DNA of 32,000 bases from Erysipelotrichaceae bacterium MTC7 (GTDB lineage Bacteria > Bacillota_I > Bacilli_A > Erysipelotrichales > Erysipelotrichaceae), in assembly GCA_001695645.1 (NCBI GenBank), contig LVZN01000023.1:30001-62000 (forward strand), in the 5' to 3' direction. Below the pieces are notes generated by a model. That model ran no database searches, was not told the origin of the DNA, and saw only the letters and a program-made list of their open reading frames with translations. This document shows positions 1 through 8,549 of the stretch, in pieces. The first letter of the stretch is position 1; every line of letters starts with the position of its first letter. Position numbers and translations under genes: made by a program.

Positions 1-239
1 ATTTCACCTTTTCCAAGCACATTGACAATGCTTCGATTGCCCCAGTAATCGAGTTTGGAAATTGTGACATTTCCTTTAAGGATAAAACCAATGGCGTACT
101 GACTTTCACCCATGGAAAATACTGTTGTTTCATGCTCGTAGATTTTATAGGTTAAACTATTGAGAATATCTTCAACTTCTGGGTTCTTTAAACCACGAAA
201 TAACGGATGTGTATAAATCATTTGAAAAACTTTATTCAT
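1..239 (-). CDS. Crp/Fnr-family transcriptional regulator, N-terminal part (gene runs off the left edge)
   Basis: Absent from the ORF track because the window edge truncates it. Minus-strand translation reads M(EHD)MNKVFQMIYTHPLFRGLKNPEVEDILNSLTYKIYEHETTVFSMGESQYAIGFILKGNVTISKLDYWGNRSIVNVLGKGE. This is the typical start of a cNMP-binding beta-roll effector domain. GGAG lies 6 nt before ATG 239. The alternative ATG at 251 has no SD. Confidence 0.75.
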   Translation of the reverse strand, partial: MNKVFQMIYTHPLFRGLKNPEVEDILNSLTYKIYEHETTVFSMGESQYAIGFILKGNVTISKLDYWGNRSIVNVLGKGE

Positions 240-252
240 ATCATGCTCCATC

Positions 253-268
253 TGTTGTAATAACAACA
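253..268. promoter_or_regulatory. Perfect palindrome TGTTGT-AATA-ACAACA, candidate Crp/Fnr-type operator in the divergent promoter region
   Basis: Read directly: a 6-4-6 perfect inverted repeat between the divergent Crp/Fnr gene and the 4Fe-4S gene. A TATAGT -10-like hexamer at 285-290 places the palindrome over the -35 region of the + strand promoter. The geometry resembles the FNR-type 5-4-5 site. Confidence 0.45.
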
Positions 269-334
269 TACTTAATAATTTCACTATAGTATTCTATGCA
301 TACAAAGTCAAATGACATGAAGGAGATATACCAT

Positions 335-1069
335 ATGAAACGAAACATTGTAACGATAAATGAAGAATTATGTAATGGTTGTGCTGCTTGTGCAGTAGCC
401 TGTCACGAAGGTGCCATCGCTATGATTAACGGAAAAGCAAAATTGATCAAAGAAGATTACTGTGATGGGCTTGGCGATTGTTTACCAAGTTGTCCAACTG
501 GAGCCATCACAATTGAAGAAAAAGAAGTGGAAGCATATGACCAACAAGCCGTCGATGCCCACATGAAGGCGATGGCAGAACTAGGAAATCCACACCATAA
601 AAACGTGGAAGTTCCTATTCATGCCCACAGTGGTTGTCCTGGTTCCATGGCAAAAGCGTTGCATCCACAAACTGAAACGATAAATGCAGTGCAAGAAGCA
701 AGTCAAAGCCAACTGCGTCAATGGCCGATTCAAATCAAACTTGTGCCAACATCTGCCCCATATTTTGATCAAGCAAACCTACTCATCGCCGCAGACTGTA
801 CAGCTTACGCTTATGCAAGTTTCCACCAAGATTTCATCAAGAATCACATTTGTATCATCGGTTGTCCAAAACTTGATGAAGGTGATTACAGCGAAAAACT
901 CGAGCAAATCATTAAACAAAACGACATCAAAAGTGTCACAATTGTACGTATGGAAGTACCTTGTTGCGGTGGGTTGGAGTTTGCTGCTAAAACCGCTTTA
1001 CAAAACAGTGGTAAATTCATTCCATGGCAAGTTAAAACAATCAGTATCGATGGAAATATCATCGACTAA
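335..1069 (+). CDS. 4Fe-4S dicluster (ferredoxin-type) domain protein with Cys-containing C-terminal domain
   Basis: Two ferredoxin-type cluster motifs are present: CNGCAACAVACHEGA and C-x2-G-x2-GDCLPSCPTGA. The C-terminal part carries AADCTAYAY, IGCPKLD and MEVPCCGG motifs. AGGAG at 321-325 sits 9 nt before ATG 335. The upstream ATGs at 296 and 317 lack an SD. Confidence 0.85.
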   Translation: MKRNIVTINEELCNGCAACAVACHEGAIAMINGKAKLIKEDYCDGLGDCLPSCPTGAITIEEKEVEAYDQQAVDAHMKAMAELGNPHHKNVEVPIHAHSGCPGSMAKALHPQTETINAVQEASQSQLRQWPIQIKLVPTSAPYFDQANLLIAADCTAYAYASFHQDFIKNHICIIGCPKLDEGDYSEKLEQIIKQNDIKSVTIVRMEVPCCGGLEFAAKTALQNSGKFIPWQVKTISIDGNIID

Positions 1070-1134
1070 TAGGAAGTCAACATGAACAAAGTCGTAAAAA
1101 CATTACGCCAAGTGAAGTTGTAGAACTTAAAAAC

Positions 1135-1416
1135 TTGGTACAAGCAAACCCTGGTGAAGTCGTAAGTAAAATCTTTGTTCAAAACGAACATGTATCGATG
1201 ACCCTATTTTCGTTCGCCCAAGGTGAAGAAATTGGAGCACACACCTCAAAAGGAGATGCGCTTGTAAGCATTCTTGAGGGAAGTGCAGAAATCACAATCG
1301 ATGGTAATGTGTTTACAGTAAACGCTGGTGAAAGTATTTTAATGCCAGCTGATATCTTACACGCACTTTATGCAAAAGAACCATTTAAAATGCAACTTAC
1401 TCAAATGTTTGCCTAA
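1135..1416 (+). CDS. Cupin-domain protein (ORF as tracked; native start probably ATG 1082, lost by a 1-nt frameshift)
   Basis: Small beta-barrel cupin signature: GEEIGAHTSKGDALVSILEGSAEITIDG...AGESILMPADILHAL. The tracked start is a TTG without an SD. A strong AGGAAG-N5-ATG start at 1082 is in another frame (see finding). Confidence 0.75.
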   Translation: MVQANPGEVVSKIFVQNEHVSMTLFSFAQGEEIGAHTSKGDALVSILEGSAEITIDGNVFTVNAGESILMPADILHALYAKEPFKMQLTQMFA

Positions 1417-1417
1417 C

Positions 1418-1463
1418 AAAAAGGTAATCAAACTCACTATCATGTGAGCTGATTACCTTTTTT
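1418..1463. terminator. Bidirectional Rho-independent terminator between the convergent cupin and ATPase genes
   Basis: AAAAAGGTAATCA (1418-1430) pairs with TGATTACCTTTTT (1450-1462). An inner CTCAC/GTGAG stem lies inside the loop. A-runs and T-runs flank it on both sides. Confidence 0.75.
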
Positions 1464-1464
1464 C

Positions 1465-4137
1465 TTACTTCATTTTAAATAAGCGTTTCAGTGCATACAC
1501 AACGATGGTTGCACCTGTTGCAAAAATGCTTATGTAAATCCAATTTTCAATTCCTAAAGGCACAGTACCAAGTACCGAATTAAAGAATGGTACATATATG
1601 GCCACCAACTGCAAACTAATGGCAACGATCATGGCAATGATCATCGACTTGTTTTGCAATAGGGTTTTGTCTAAACCAAACACTTTCAAACGTCGCACAT
1701 TTAAGATGTGCAATAGTTGCATAATTGCCATTAAGGTAAAGGTTGTCGTTTGTGCTTCAATCACAGAAACCTCGCGATGCAACATGAATGCATAGATTCC
1801 AAATGCACTTAAACCTAAAACCAACCCACTTAGTAAAATCGGTTTTAGAAAATCTGCAGACAATAAACCTTGTCCTTTCTTCCGCGGTGGTTGATCCATG
1901 ATGCTATCTTCTGCTGGTTCAAATCCCAAAGACATGGCTGGTAGTATATCAACGACAAGATTTAACCAAAGAATATGTAAAGGTAACACAGGTAAATCCG
2001 GTATCAAAAACAACAATGAAAGAATAATCGAGGTAATCTCCACCATATTACAAGAAAACAAATAGTACACAAACTTACGAATATTGGCAAAGATAATACG
2101 ACCTTCTTTGATTGCGTCAACAATCGTTGAAAACTTATCGGTTGTTAGAATCATATCTGCCGCTTCACGGGCAACCTCGGTTCCTCTAACACCCATGGCA
2201 ATTCCTATATCCGCTCCATTTAGGGCAGGTGCATCATTGACACCATCACCAGTCATAGCCACAACTTCCTCATGTTCCTGTAAAATTTTCACGATATCAA
2301 GTTTGTTTCGTGGACTTACGCGCGCAAAGACACCAGTACGATAGACATCATGGTCAAACTTTTGCGTGCGTTTTGCTGCATCAAATTCAAATCCCGTCAT
2401 GGTTGTTTGGTACGAACGCATCCCAATTTGTTTGGCAATCACGCTTGCGGTTTGCGGATGGTCTCCCGTAATCATCTTGACGCGAATACCAGCTCTTTGG
2501 CAAAGTCGAATCGATTCCATCACATCTTGTCTAGGTGGATCAATAATACCAACCAAACCTAGAATACGAACATTCCCATCACAGGTATTGTTGTAGATGG
2601 CTTCATTGTCCTCAATGATCCCAATGGCTAAAACACGCCAACCGTGACTCGCCATTTTTTCATTTTCCGCACGTAGTTTGGCTTTTGTATCTTGATCGTG
2701 ATGCGACATATCCAACAGTACATCTGGACCACCTTTGATAAAGGTATATTTTTCATTTCCTTTTTCATAAAGTGTAATCATATACTTCAGTTTCGAATTG
2801 AATGGGATTTCATCAAGTCGAGTAAATCCATCTTGATGCAATTGATCTCGCGTATAACCCGCTTTTTCACCAAGTACGATCAGTGAACCTTCCGTTGGAT
2901 CGCCAATGATATTATATTCTGATCCGTCCTGATGCAAAGTTGCATTTGTGTTTAAAACTGCAGCATACAAAAACTGTTGCAACTTTGTTTCACTTTGAAC
3001 ATCTACGACTTGTTGATTGTAGAGAATATCACCCTTCGGTTCATATCCACCACCAGTAACTTGATACTCTTTATCATCCAAAACATAAATGGCTTCCACT
3101 GTCATTTGGTTTTCGGTTAACGTCCCCGTTTTGTCTGAACAAATCACACTCGTACTTCCTAGCGTTTCCACTGCATCGAGCGTTTTCACTAAGGCTTTGT
3201 GTTCACTCATTCGCGACATCCCTTTGGCAAGCGTAATTGTCGAGACTGCAGGCATCGCTTCAGGAATGGATGCGATGGCTAAAATCAAGGCAACCTGTAA
3301 AACAAACGATAGTTCGCGTCCGGTAGCTAAACCAATGATAATCACGACAAGTGCAAACAAAGCGGCAACCCCAATCAACATCTTTCCCAATTTATCTAGT
3401 TCTTGGTTAAGTGGACTAGCCTCTTTCTTTGTTTCCTTTAGCAAGTTTGAAATTTGTCCAACTTCACTGTAACTTCCTGTTGCTGTTACCAGTGCTTTTG
3501 CATTTCCTCTAGTGACTGCTGTTCCAGCAAAGACAAAGTTTTTACGGTCACCAAGCGCCACGGTTTCATCAAAAGTTAACGTTGCATCTTTACTAGCTGC
3601 AATGCTTTCTCCAGTCAAACTCGCTTCCATACAAGCTAAATTGGTTGACTCAATCAATCGTGCATCCGCACTAATCGCATCACCACTTTTCAAGGAAAGT
3701 AGATCACCAGGAACCAAATCTTCCGAGTTGATTTCTTGCAGTGTTCCATCACGAATGACGTTGGCTTTTGTCTTAATCATGCTTTGCAAGGATTCCACTG
3801 ATTTTTGCGCTTTTAGTTCCGATACAAAACCAAAGACAACCGCAATACATACCGCAATCAAAACCGCAATCCCTTCGACAACATCACCTAAGACAAACGA
3901 AATCGTTGCTGCTACTAATAGTAAGTAGACAATGATGTTATGTATTTTCTCTAATAGAATGTGCCAAGCAGATACCTTCTTTGCACCTTCTAACACGTTT
4001 TTTCCATATTCTTCTAAGCGGACATCAACTTCCTTACTTGTTAATCCATTTGTGATGTCACTGTCAATATCTGCGACGACTTGATCTATGTCACACTTAT
4101 AATAATCTTTTTGTACCATCGACTCACTTCCTTCCAT
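1465..4137 (-). CDS. Cation-transporting P-type ATPase, P2 (Ca2+-ATPase-like) subfamily
   Basis: 890 aa with the full P-type motif set: TGES (SLTGESIA), the phosphorylation site CSDKTGTLT, MITGDHPQTA and the hinge TGDGVNDAPAL. TM4 carries IPEAMP (compare the PEGLP Ca-site motif) and TM6 carries NLVVDILPA. The size equals that of Firmicute Ca2+-ATPases. ATG 4119 is an alternative start. Confidence 0.92.
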   Translation of the reverse strand: MEGSESMVQKDYYKCDIDQVVADIDSDITNGLTSKEVDVRLEEYGKNVLEGAKKVSAWHILLEKIHNIIVYLLLVAATISFVLGDVVEGIAVLIAVCIAVVFGFVSELKAQKSVESLQSMIKTKANVIRDGTLQEINSEDLVPGDLLSLKSGDAISADARLIESTNLACMEASLTGESIAASKDATLTFDETVALGDRKNFVFAGTAVTRGNAKALVTATGSYSEVGQISNLLKETKKEASPLNQELDKLGKMLIGVAALFALVVIIIGLATGRELSFVLQVALILAIASIPEAMPAVSTITLAKGMSRMSEHKALVKTLDAVETLGSTSVICSDKTGTLTENQMTVEAIYVLDDKEYQVTGGGYEPKGDILYNQQVVDVQSETKLQQFLYAAVLNTNATLHQDGSEYNIIGDPTEGSLIVLGEKAGYTRDQLHQDGFTRLDEIPFNSKLKYMITLYEKGNEKYTFIKGGPDVLLDMSHHDQDTKAKLRAENEKMASHGWRVLAIGIIEDNEAIYNNTCDGNVRILGLVGIIDPPRQDVMESIRLCQRAGIRVKMITGDHPQTASVIAKQIGMRSYQTTMTGFEFDAAKRTQKFDHDVYRTGVFARVSPRNKLDIVKILQEHEEVVAMTGDGVNDAPALNGADIGIAMGVRGTEVAREAADMILTTDKFSTIVDAIKEGRIIFANIRKFVYYLFSCNMVEITSIILSLLFLIPDLPVLPLHILWLNLVVDILPAMSLGFEPAEDSIMDQPPRKKGQGLLSADFLKPILLSGLVLGLSAFGIYAFMLHREVSVIEAQTTTFTLMAIMQLLHILNVRRLKVFGLDKTLLQNKSMIIAMIVAISLQLVAIYVPFFNSVLGTVPLGIENWIYISIFATGATIVVYALKRLFKMK

Positions 4138-4423
4138 TTTTACTCTTCCTACCCATATACTAACAAATAACGCTTTATATATAAAACGATATGCCTAAAA
4201 AATTTATATTTTTATAAACATCGCGCTTGTGGATATTAGAGGTATGTAAATGTGCGTTAAATAGATGAAATTTGAAAATATGATAAAAAATCAACGTTAC
4301 ACAAATATCGAGATTTTTGCACGCTTTTATATACAATGAGATATAAACAAAAGATATGACTGCAAGTACATAAGAATGGTTTACGTCATAGATGATGGTT
4401 GTTTAACATTAATATTTGGTAAA

Positions 4424-4454
4424 AATGAAAAAACCAAGCGATGGTAGCTCGGTT
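4424..4454 (-). terminator. Rho-independent terminator downstream of LRR adhesin gene 1
   Basis: AACCAAGC (4432-4439) pairs with GCTCGGTT (4447-4454) at 7 of 8 positions, with a 7-nt loop. On the minus strand it is followed by TTTTTTCATTTTT. It begins 10 nt past the stop codon. Confidence 0.6.
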
Positions 4455-4463
4455 TCTTTTTGT

Positions 4464-6089
4464 TTACTTATTGTATTTTCTTCTTCTAATGAATACGCTA
4501 CATCCATATAACATTGAAATGCTTAATAGTGCAAACAATACCCTTGTACTAGAGCCATCTCCGGTTTTAACAACTGCACCATCTCCTTGTGGTGTTGTGC
4601 TTGGGCGACCAATCGTACCTGATGTTCCTTTGTCACCATTATCTGTTGTATTATCTTCTTCTTTATCTGGTGTACCAGGTTTTTTGTTAATTACCCAGTT
4701 AAGTGAGTTTGATGTTTCTTTGCTATCTTTAAATTCATAGTTTTCTGGATCTTTTAAAGTTGCAACTCCAGTGTAATTACCAGCAGCAGTTTTTTCAATA
4801 TCACCAGTTAAAATAACATTTGCAGCATCGTAATTCTCAAGTATATCTACTAGTTTATGTGCTTTTCCGTTTTCTGTAAAACTACCATTTACTGTTGGTA
4901 TATCAACCTTTTTCTTACTAACAGTAATTTTTAGGTCATCAGTCTTACCTCCATATGTAATCGTAACAACGTCATCAGACAATGTAAGATTGTCTGATAA
5001 AGAAAAACTGAAGTCATTTTGATTTTCAATGTATTTAATATCTCTACTAGGTATTGTTTTGCTATCCACAATATAGCTTGCTGTAATCACTAAATCTGTT
5101 GGATCATATGAATCCCCAAATTCATAATTAATTTCTGAGGGAGTTTTCACTTGAATGGATGCTACATCATAAGGAATTGCATGCATGCCACCTTGGTTAT
5201 TCAAAAATGTTTCTGCATGTATTGCTGTCCTTAGATAGTAAACACGTACCTCTGTGTTGATAAACACACGCACTCCCCATCTTGAAAGATTGGTTTCAGT
5301 AAGAATAATGTCATCAAGGCTTGTACAACCATTAAATGCATATGATTCGATTGTTGTCACTACGTTATTGTTTTCCAAGCCTGTACTTGTTAAATTCACA
5401 CAGTAGGCAAATGCAGCTTCTTCGATTGTTGTCACTGTACTATTTTTCTCTAATTCTGTACTCGTTAAATTCAAACAAAAGGAAAATGCCGCATACCCAA
5501 TTGTTGTCACTGTACTATTCTTATCCAAGCCTGTGCTTGTTATAGAACTTGCAGTAAATGCCCCATCTCCAATTCTTGTCACCGTGTTATTTTTCTCTAA
5601 TCCGGTGGTTATTAAATTATGACAGAAGGAATATGCCCCATCCCCGATTGTTGTGACAGTGCTATTATTCTCTAATCCGGTACTTGTTAAATTCACACAC
5701 GAGGAAAATGCGTCAACTCCGATTGCGACTATATCATAAGTAAAATCATGATACTTAACCGAAACAGGTATATATAGATCACCACTTGAGTCACTATGAA
5801 TAGCACTCATAAAATCGTCCTTTGATTGTATTGCTACGGTTCCATTTTGACCATTTTTTGATTCAGATAAAACTTTAAACGACGTTTGTACTGCAACTCC
5901 GCCAACTTCAACTCCCAAAGTCTCGAAATATTCACCCTCTATCGGTGTTGTTAGTGTTGTTGCTTCTATTTTATTAGCAGTGACCTTTAATTGCTCAATT
6001 CCTTTTCCATCTGTAAATCCAATCGCGGTAAATATTAAAAATAATACTAAAAATAATCTTGCGTACGTATTCAATTTTCCCTTTTTCAC
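4464..6089 (-). CDS. Cell-wall-anchored BspA-type leucine-rich-repeat surface protein (paralog 1)
   Basis: GTG start with GGGAGG 8 nt upstream. The protein has an N-terminal signal peptide and five roughly 25-aa repeats (NLTSTGLENNSTVTTIGDGAYSFC), followed by Ig-like modules (NYEFGDSYDPTDLVIT). The C-terminus reads VVKTGD, then a hydrophobic helix, then RRRKYNK. Confidence 0.85.
   Translation of the reverse strand: MKKGKLNTYARLFLVLFLIFTAIGFTDGKGIEQLKVTANKIEATTLTTPIEGEYFETLGVEVGGVAVQTSFKVLSESKNGQNGTVAIQSKDDFMSAIHSDSSGDLYIPVSVKYHDFTYDIVAIGVDAFSSCVNLTSTGLENNSTVTTIGDGAYSFCHNLITTGLEKNNTVTRIGDGAFTASSITSTGLDKNSTVTTIGYAAFSFCLNLTSTELEKNSTVTTIEEAAFAYCVNLTSTGLENNNVVTTIESYAFNGCTSLDDIILTETNLSRWGVRVFINTEVRVYYLRTAIHAETFLNNQGGMHAIPYDVASIQVKTPSEINYEFGDSYDPTDLVITASYIVDSKTIPSRDIKYIENQNDFSFSLSDNLTLSDDVVTITYGGKTDDLKITVSKKKVDIPTVNGSFTENGKAHKLVDILENYDAANVILTGDIEKTAAGNYTGVATLKDPENYEFKDSKETSNSLNWVINKKPGTPDKEEDNTTDNGDKGTSGTIGRPSTTPQGDGAVVKTGDGSSTRVLFALLSISMLYGCSVFIRRRKYNK
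5280..5777 (-). repeat. In-frame tandem 75-bp (25-codon) LRR coding repeats, about 5 units
   Basis: The unit x-L-T-S-T-G-L-E-x-N-x-T-V-T-T-I-G-x-x-A-F-x-x-C recurs in the protein. The period is visible at nucleotide level. Confidence 0.8.
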
Positions 6090-6524
6090 ACGTATTTCCT
6101 CCCTCTTTCGTTATCTATAAACACTTTATGTCTTTACAATCATGTATGTACAACTTAAGAACTATTGCTTTCCGTTCTCTTGTTTGTCTTGATTCCACAC
6201 ATTTGTCAAAACGATCGTTCAAACTAGATACAATATGAAGCTTTATTGTCTTAGCTTTCATTCATACCAATGAATTGAAGATACGAAACGTTCTTGATTG
6301 TGCAACAAAGTCATTATATGGGTTTTTGTCATAAAAAGAAAGTGAGTAAATCACAAACATTATTTATCGATATGCTAAGTTTCTAATAATCTGAAATGTG
6401 AGCTGGGATAAGAAATTGATTCCATCCGAATCATAATGTAACATGTATCATCATTTGCCGTGAGAGTAAAAGTAAGCGACTTGTGTAACCAAAAAAATGA
6501 CATCCGCAAGGACATCATTTTACA

Positions 6525-8549
6525 CTATTTCGTTTTAATGATTTTCTTTGCACCAACGTAGGTAACAACAAAGTAACTTGTATAAATTAGCAATAGAATG
6601 CCACAAGCAATGGCACTACCTTCTACAATGGAACTTCTTCCAACACTCATAATAATGGAATCAATAAAGTGAATTCCAACAATACTATGCACAAGAGCTA
6701 ACGCCAGTGGAATAAAGAAATAGATACATAGTTGTTTTAGCAATGCATGATTCATCATCTTATCATCTGCACCAATCTTGCTTAAAATCATATAACGTTT
6801 TTTATTGTCATTTGCTTTTGTCAGTTGTTGCAAGGCAAGTAAAGTTACACTGCTTAACATAAAGACAATTCCCAAATAAATCCCAATGTACGTTGTAATA
6901 ACTGCAGTTCCCTTACTTGCATCCATGACATCTTGACGACTTGTCAAAGAGTAGTAAAACGAACCTTCGTGTGCTGATAGTTGAGAAGATACTTCCTGAT
7001 CCAACTGTGCTTGCATATCCGCTATTTTTGTTTCATCTTTGACATTCATATTGATTGCTTGATGCGCAGTAACGATATCTTTGAATACAATACGATCATC
7101 CACAATAAAAGTGATGGTATTGCTTATAGTGTTTGCAGTCGCTAATACAAGATCAGGCAGTTCATTTTCGCGTAAGCTAAATGTGTAACCTTGCACCTTG
7201 AACGGTTCCTGTTGTTTTACATCTTTCGCGATCGCACGTTGTAGTTGTGCTTGCTTCGCGTAGGGTATGACTTCTTTAGGCTTTACATCCACCGTATCAT
7301 AACCTAAATCACTCAATACCTCATTGAAGTCACTTTCGTGAATGAACGTTACACCAATCCATTCCGGTTGTTCAATGATACCTAAATTATTCTTTTCATA
7401 ATATGCATGAACATGTTGAAACGCTTGTTTATAAGTAGCTACAGGAACTTGAACTTCGACCTGTTTTTGCACATGATACGTACTTGTTTCCTGTTTGATT
7501 GCTTCTGGAATCGTGACATCTACGATGTCCAAGCGATCGTCAGTTTGATATTGTTGATACTCCAAACTTAAATCGTAAGGGGTTTGTTGTTTCAAGGATT
7601 GGTTAATCGTAGCATTTAAACTAAATCCAGTGCTCAATGCACCAATTGACAACAGGAGCAGAATACAAACAAAACTCATCGAGATGAAGTTACTTTTGAT
7701 ACTTGCATTCACTTCCTTTAACACAAACATATTCAAACCTTTGTAGTATAGTTTTTTACTTCTTGAAACAAAACGTAACATAAAGCCAGCTAGACTTAAA
7801 AAGAAGAGTAGTGTACCTACACATCCTAGGATAATGACTTTGGCAAAGTTCTTACCTAAGACTTGGATGGGATCAGTCCATGCTAGGTAGTACGCATATC
7901 CCAAACATACCAAAGCAAGGATGAAAATCACAACATAAACACCAACATACTTGATGCGCATTTCATCGTTTTTGCGATCTGCATAAAGTAGATCAATGAG
8001 TTTAAACTTTGATAAGATAAAAACATTGAGTACCATCGCTAGTAAAAAAACGATGCCAAAGCAAAGTATGGTCAACAGTAGCGCATCAAAAGAGAAGACA
8101 AATTGATAGTTGAGTTGTACTTCGAATAAACTTGCTGTAGCAATGGTTAACACTTGTGATAATGCAATACCAAAAATAACTCCCACAACTAGTGACAACA
8201 AACCAATGATAAACGTCTCATAAAGTAAGATTCTAGCCATCTTGGATTTTTCCATTCCAAGCAGCATGTAGGTCCCAAATTCTTTCTTGCGCCGACGTAC
8301 TAAGAAACTGTTGGCATACATAATCAGAAAACAAAGTACAACGGCCACAAATACTGACATATATCCCATAATTTCTGATAGCAATTGCATGATTTCGGTT
8401 TGTGAAGCACTTAGACTAATCACGGCTTCTTGCTCAGTAAATGAATTAAAGGCAAAAAACAAACAAACGGAGAACGCAAGGGTTAAAAAATAAATAAAGT
8501 AATCTTGAAAACTCTTACGAACGTTCTGTAAAGCAATTTTAAAGTACAT
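6525..8549 (-). CDS. BceB-type ABC transporter permease (FtsX family, about 10 TM, large extracellular loop)
   Basis: About 674 aa, starting MYFKIALQNVRKSF. Hydrophobic blocks flank a roughly 240-aa hydrophilic loop (residues about 320-560). GGAGGT sits 10 nt before ATG 8549. The tracked GTG at 8561 abuts the SD, so it is unlikely. The gene overlaps the ATPase stop codon (translational coupling). Confidence 0.88.
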   Translation of the reverse strand: MYFKIALQNVRKSFQDYFIYFLTLAFSVCLFFAFNSFTEQEAVISLSASQTEIMQLLSEIMGYMSVFVAVVLCFLIMYANSFLVRRRKKEFGTYMLLGMEKSKMARILLYETFIIGLLSLVVGVIFGIALSQVLTIATASLFEVQLNYQFVFSFDALLLTILCFGIVFLLAMVLNVFILSKFKLIDLLYADRKNDEMRIKYVGVYVVIFILALVCLGYAYYLAWTDPIQVLGKNFAKVIILGCVGTLLFFLSLAGFMLRFVSRSKKLYYKGLNMFVLKEVNASIKSNFISMSFVCILLLLSIGALSTGFSLNATINQSLKQQTPYDLSLEYQQYQTDDRLDIVDVTIPEAIKQETSTYHVQKQVEVQVPVATYKQAFQHVHAYYEKNNLGIIEQPEWIGVTFIHESDFNEVLSDLGYDTVDVKPKEVIPYAKQAQLQRAIAKDVKQQEPFKVQGYTFSLRENELPDLVLATANTISNTITFIVDDRIVFKDIVTAHQAINMNVKDETKIADMQAQLDQEVSSQLSAHEGSFYYSLTSRQDVMDASKGTAVITTYIGIYLGIVFMLSSVTLLALQQLTKANDNKKRYMILSKIGADDKMMNHALLKQLCIYFFIPLALALVHSIVGIHFIDSIIMSVGRSSIVEGSAIACGILLLIYTSYFVVTYVGAKKIIKTK

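Noticed and set aside
684-1085. Alternative-frame ORFs overlapping the 4Fe-4S gene: 684-1085 on the + strand and 581-772 on the - strand
   Set aside because: They overlap a CDS with clear ferredoxin motifs, have no SD, and give basic or low-complexity translations.
3512-3928. + strand ORFs of 60-140 aa inside the P-type ATPase gene (1598-1795, 2084-2344, 2350-2596, 2692-2886, 3089-3472, 3512-3928)
   Set aside because: All are antisense to a CDS with a full P-type ATPase motif set. They have no SD, and their composition (Ser/Ala/Ile-rich) is typical of the reverse frame of a membrane protein gene.
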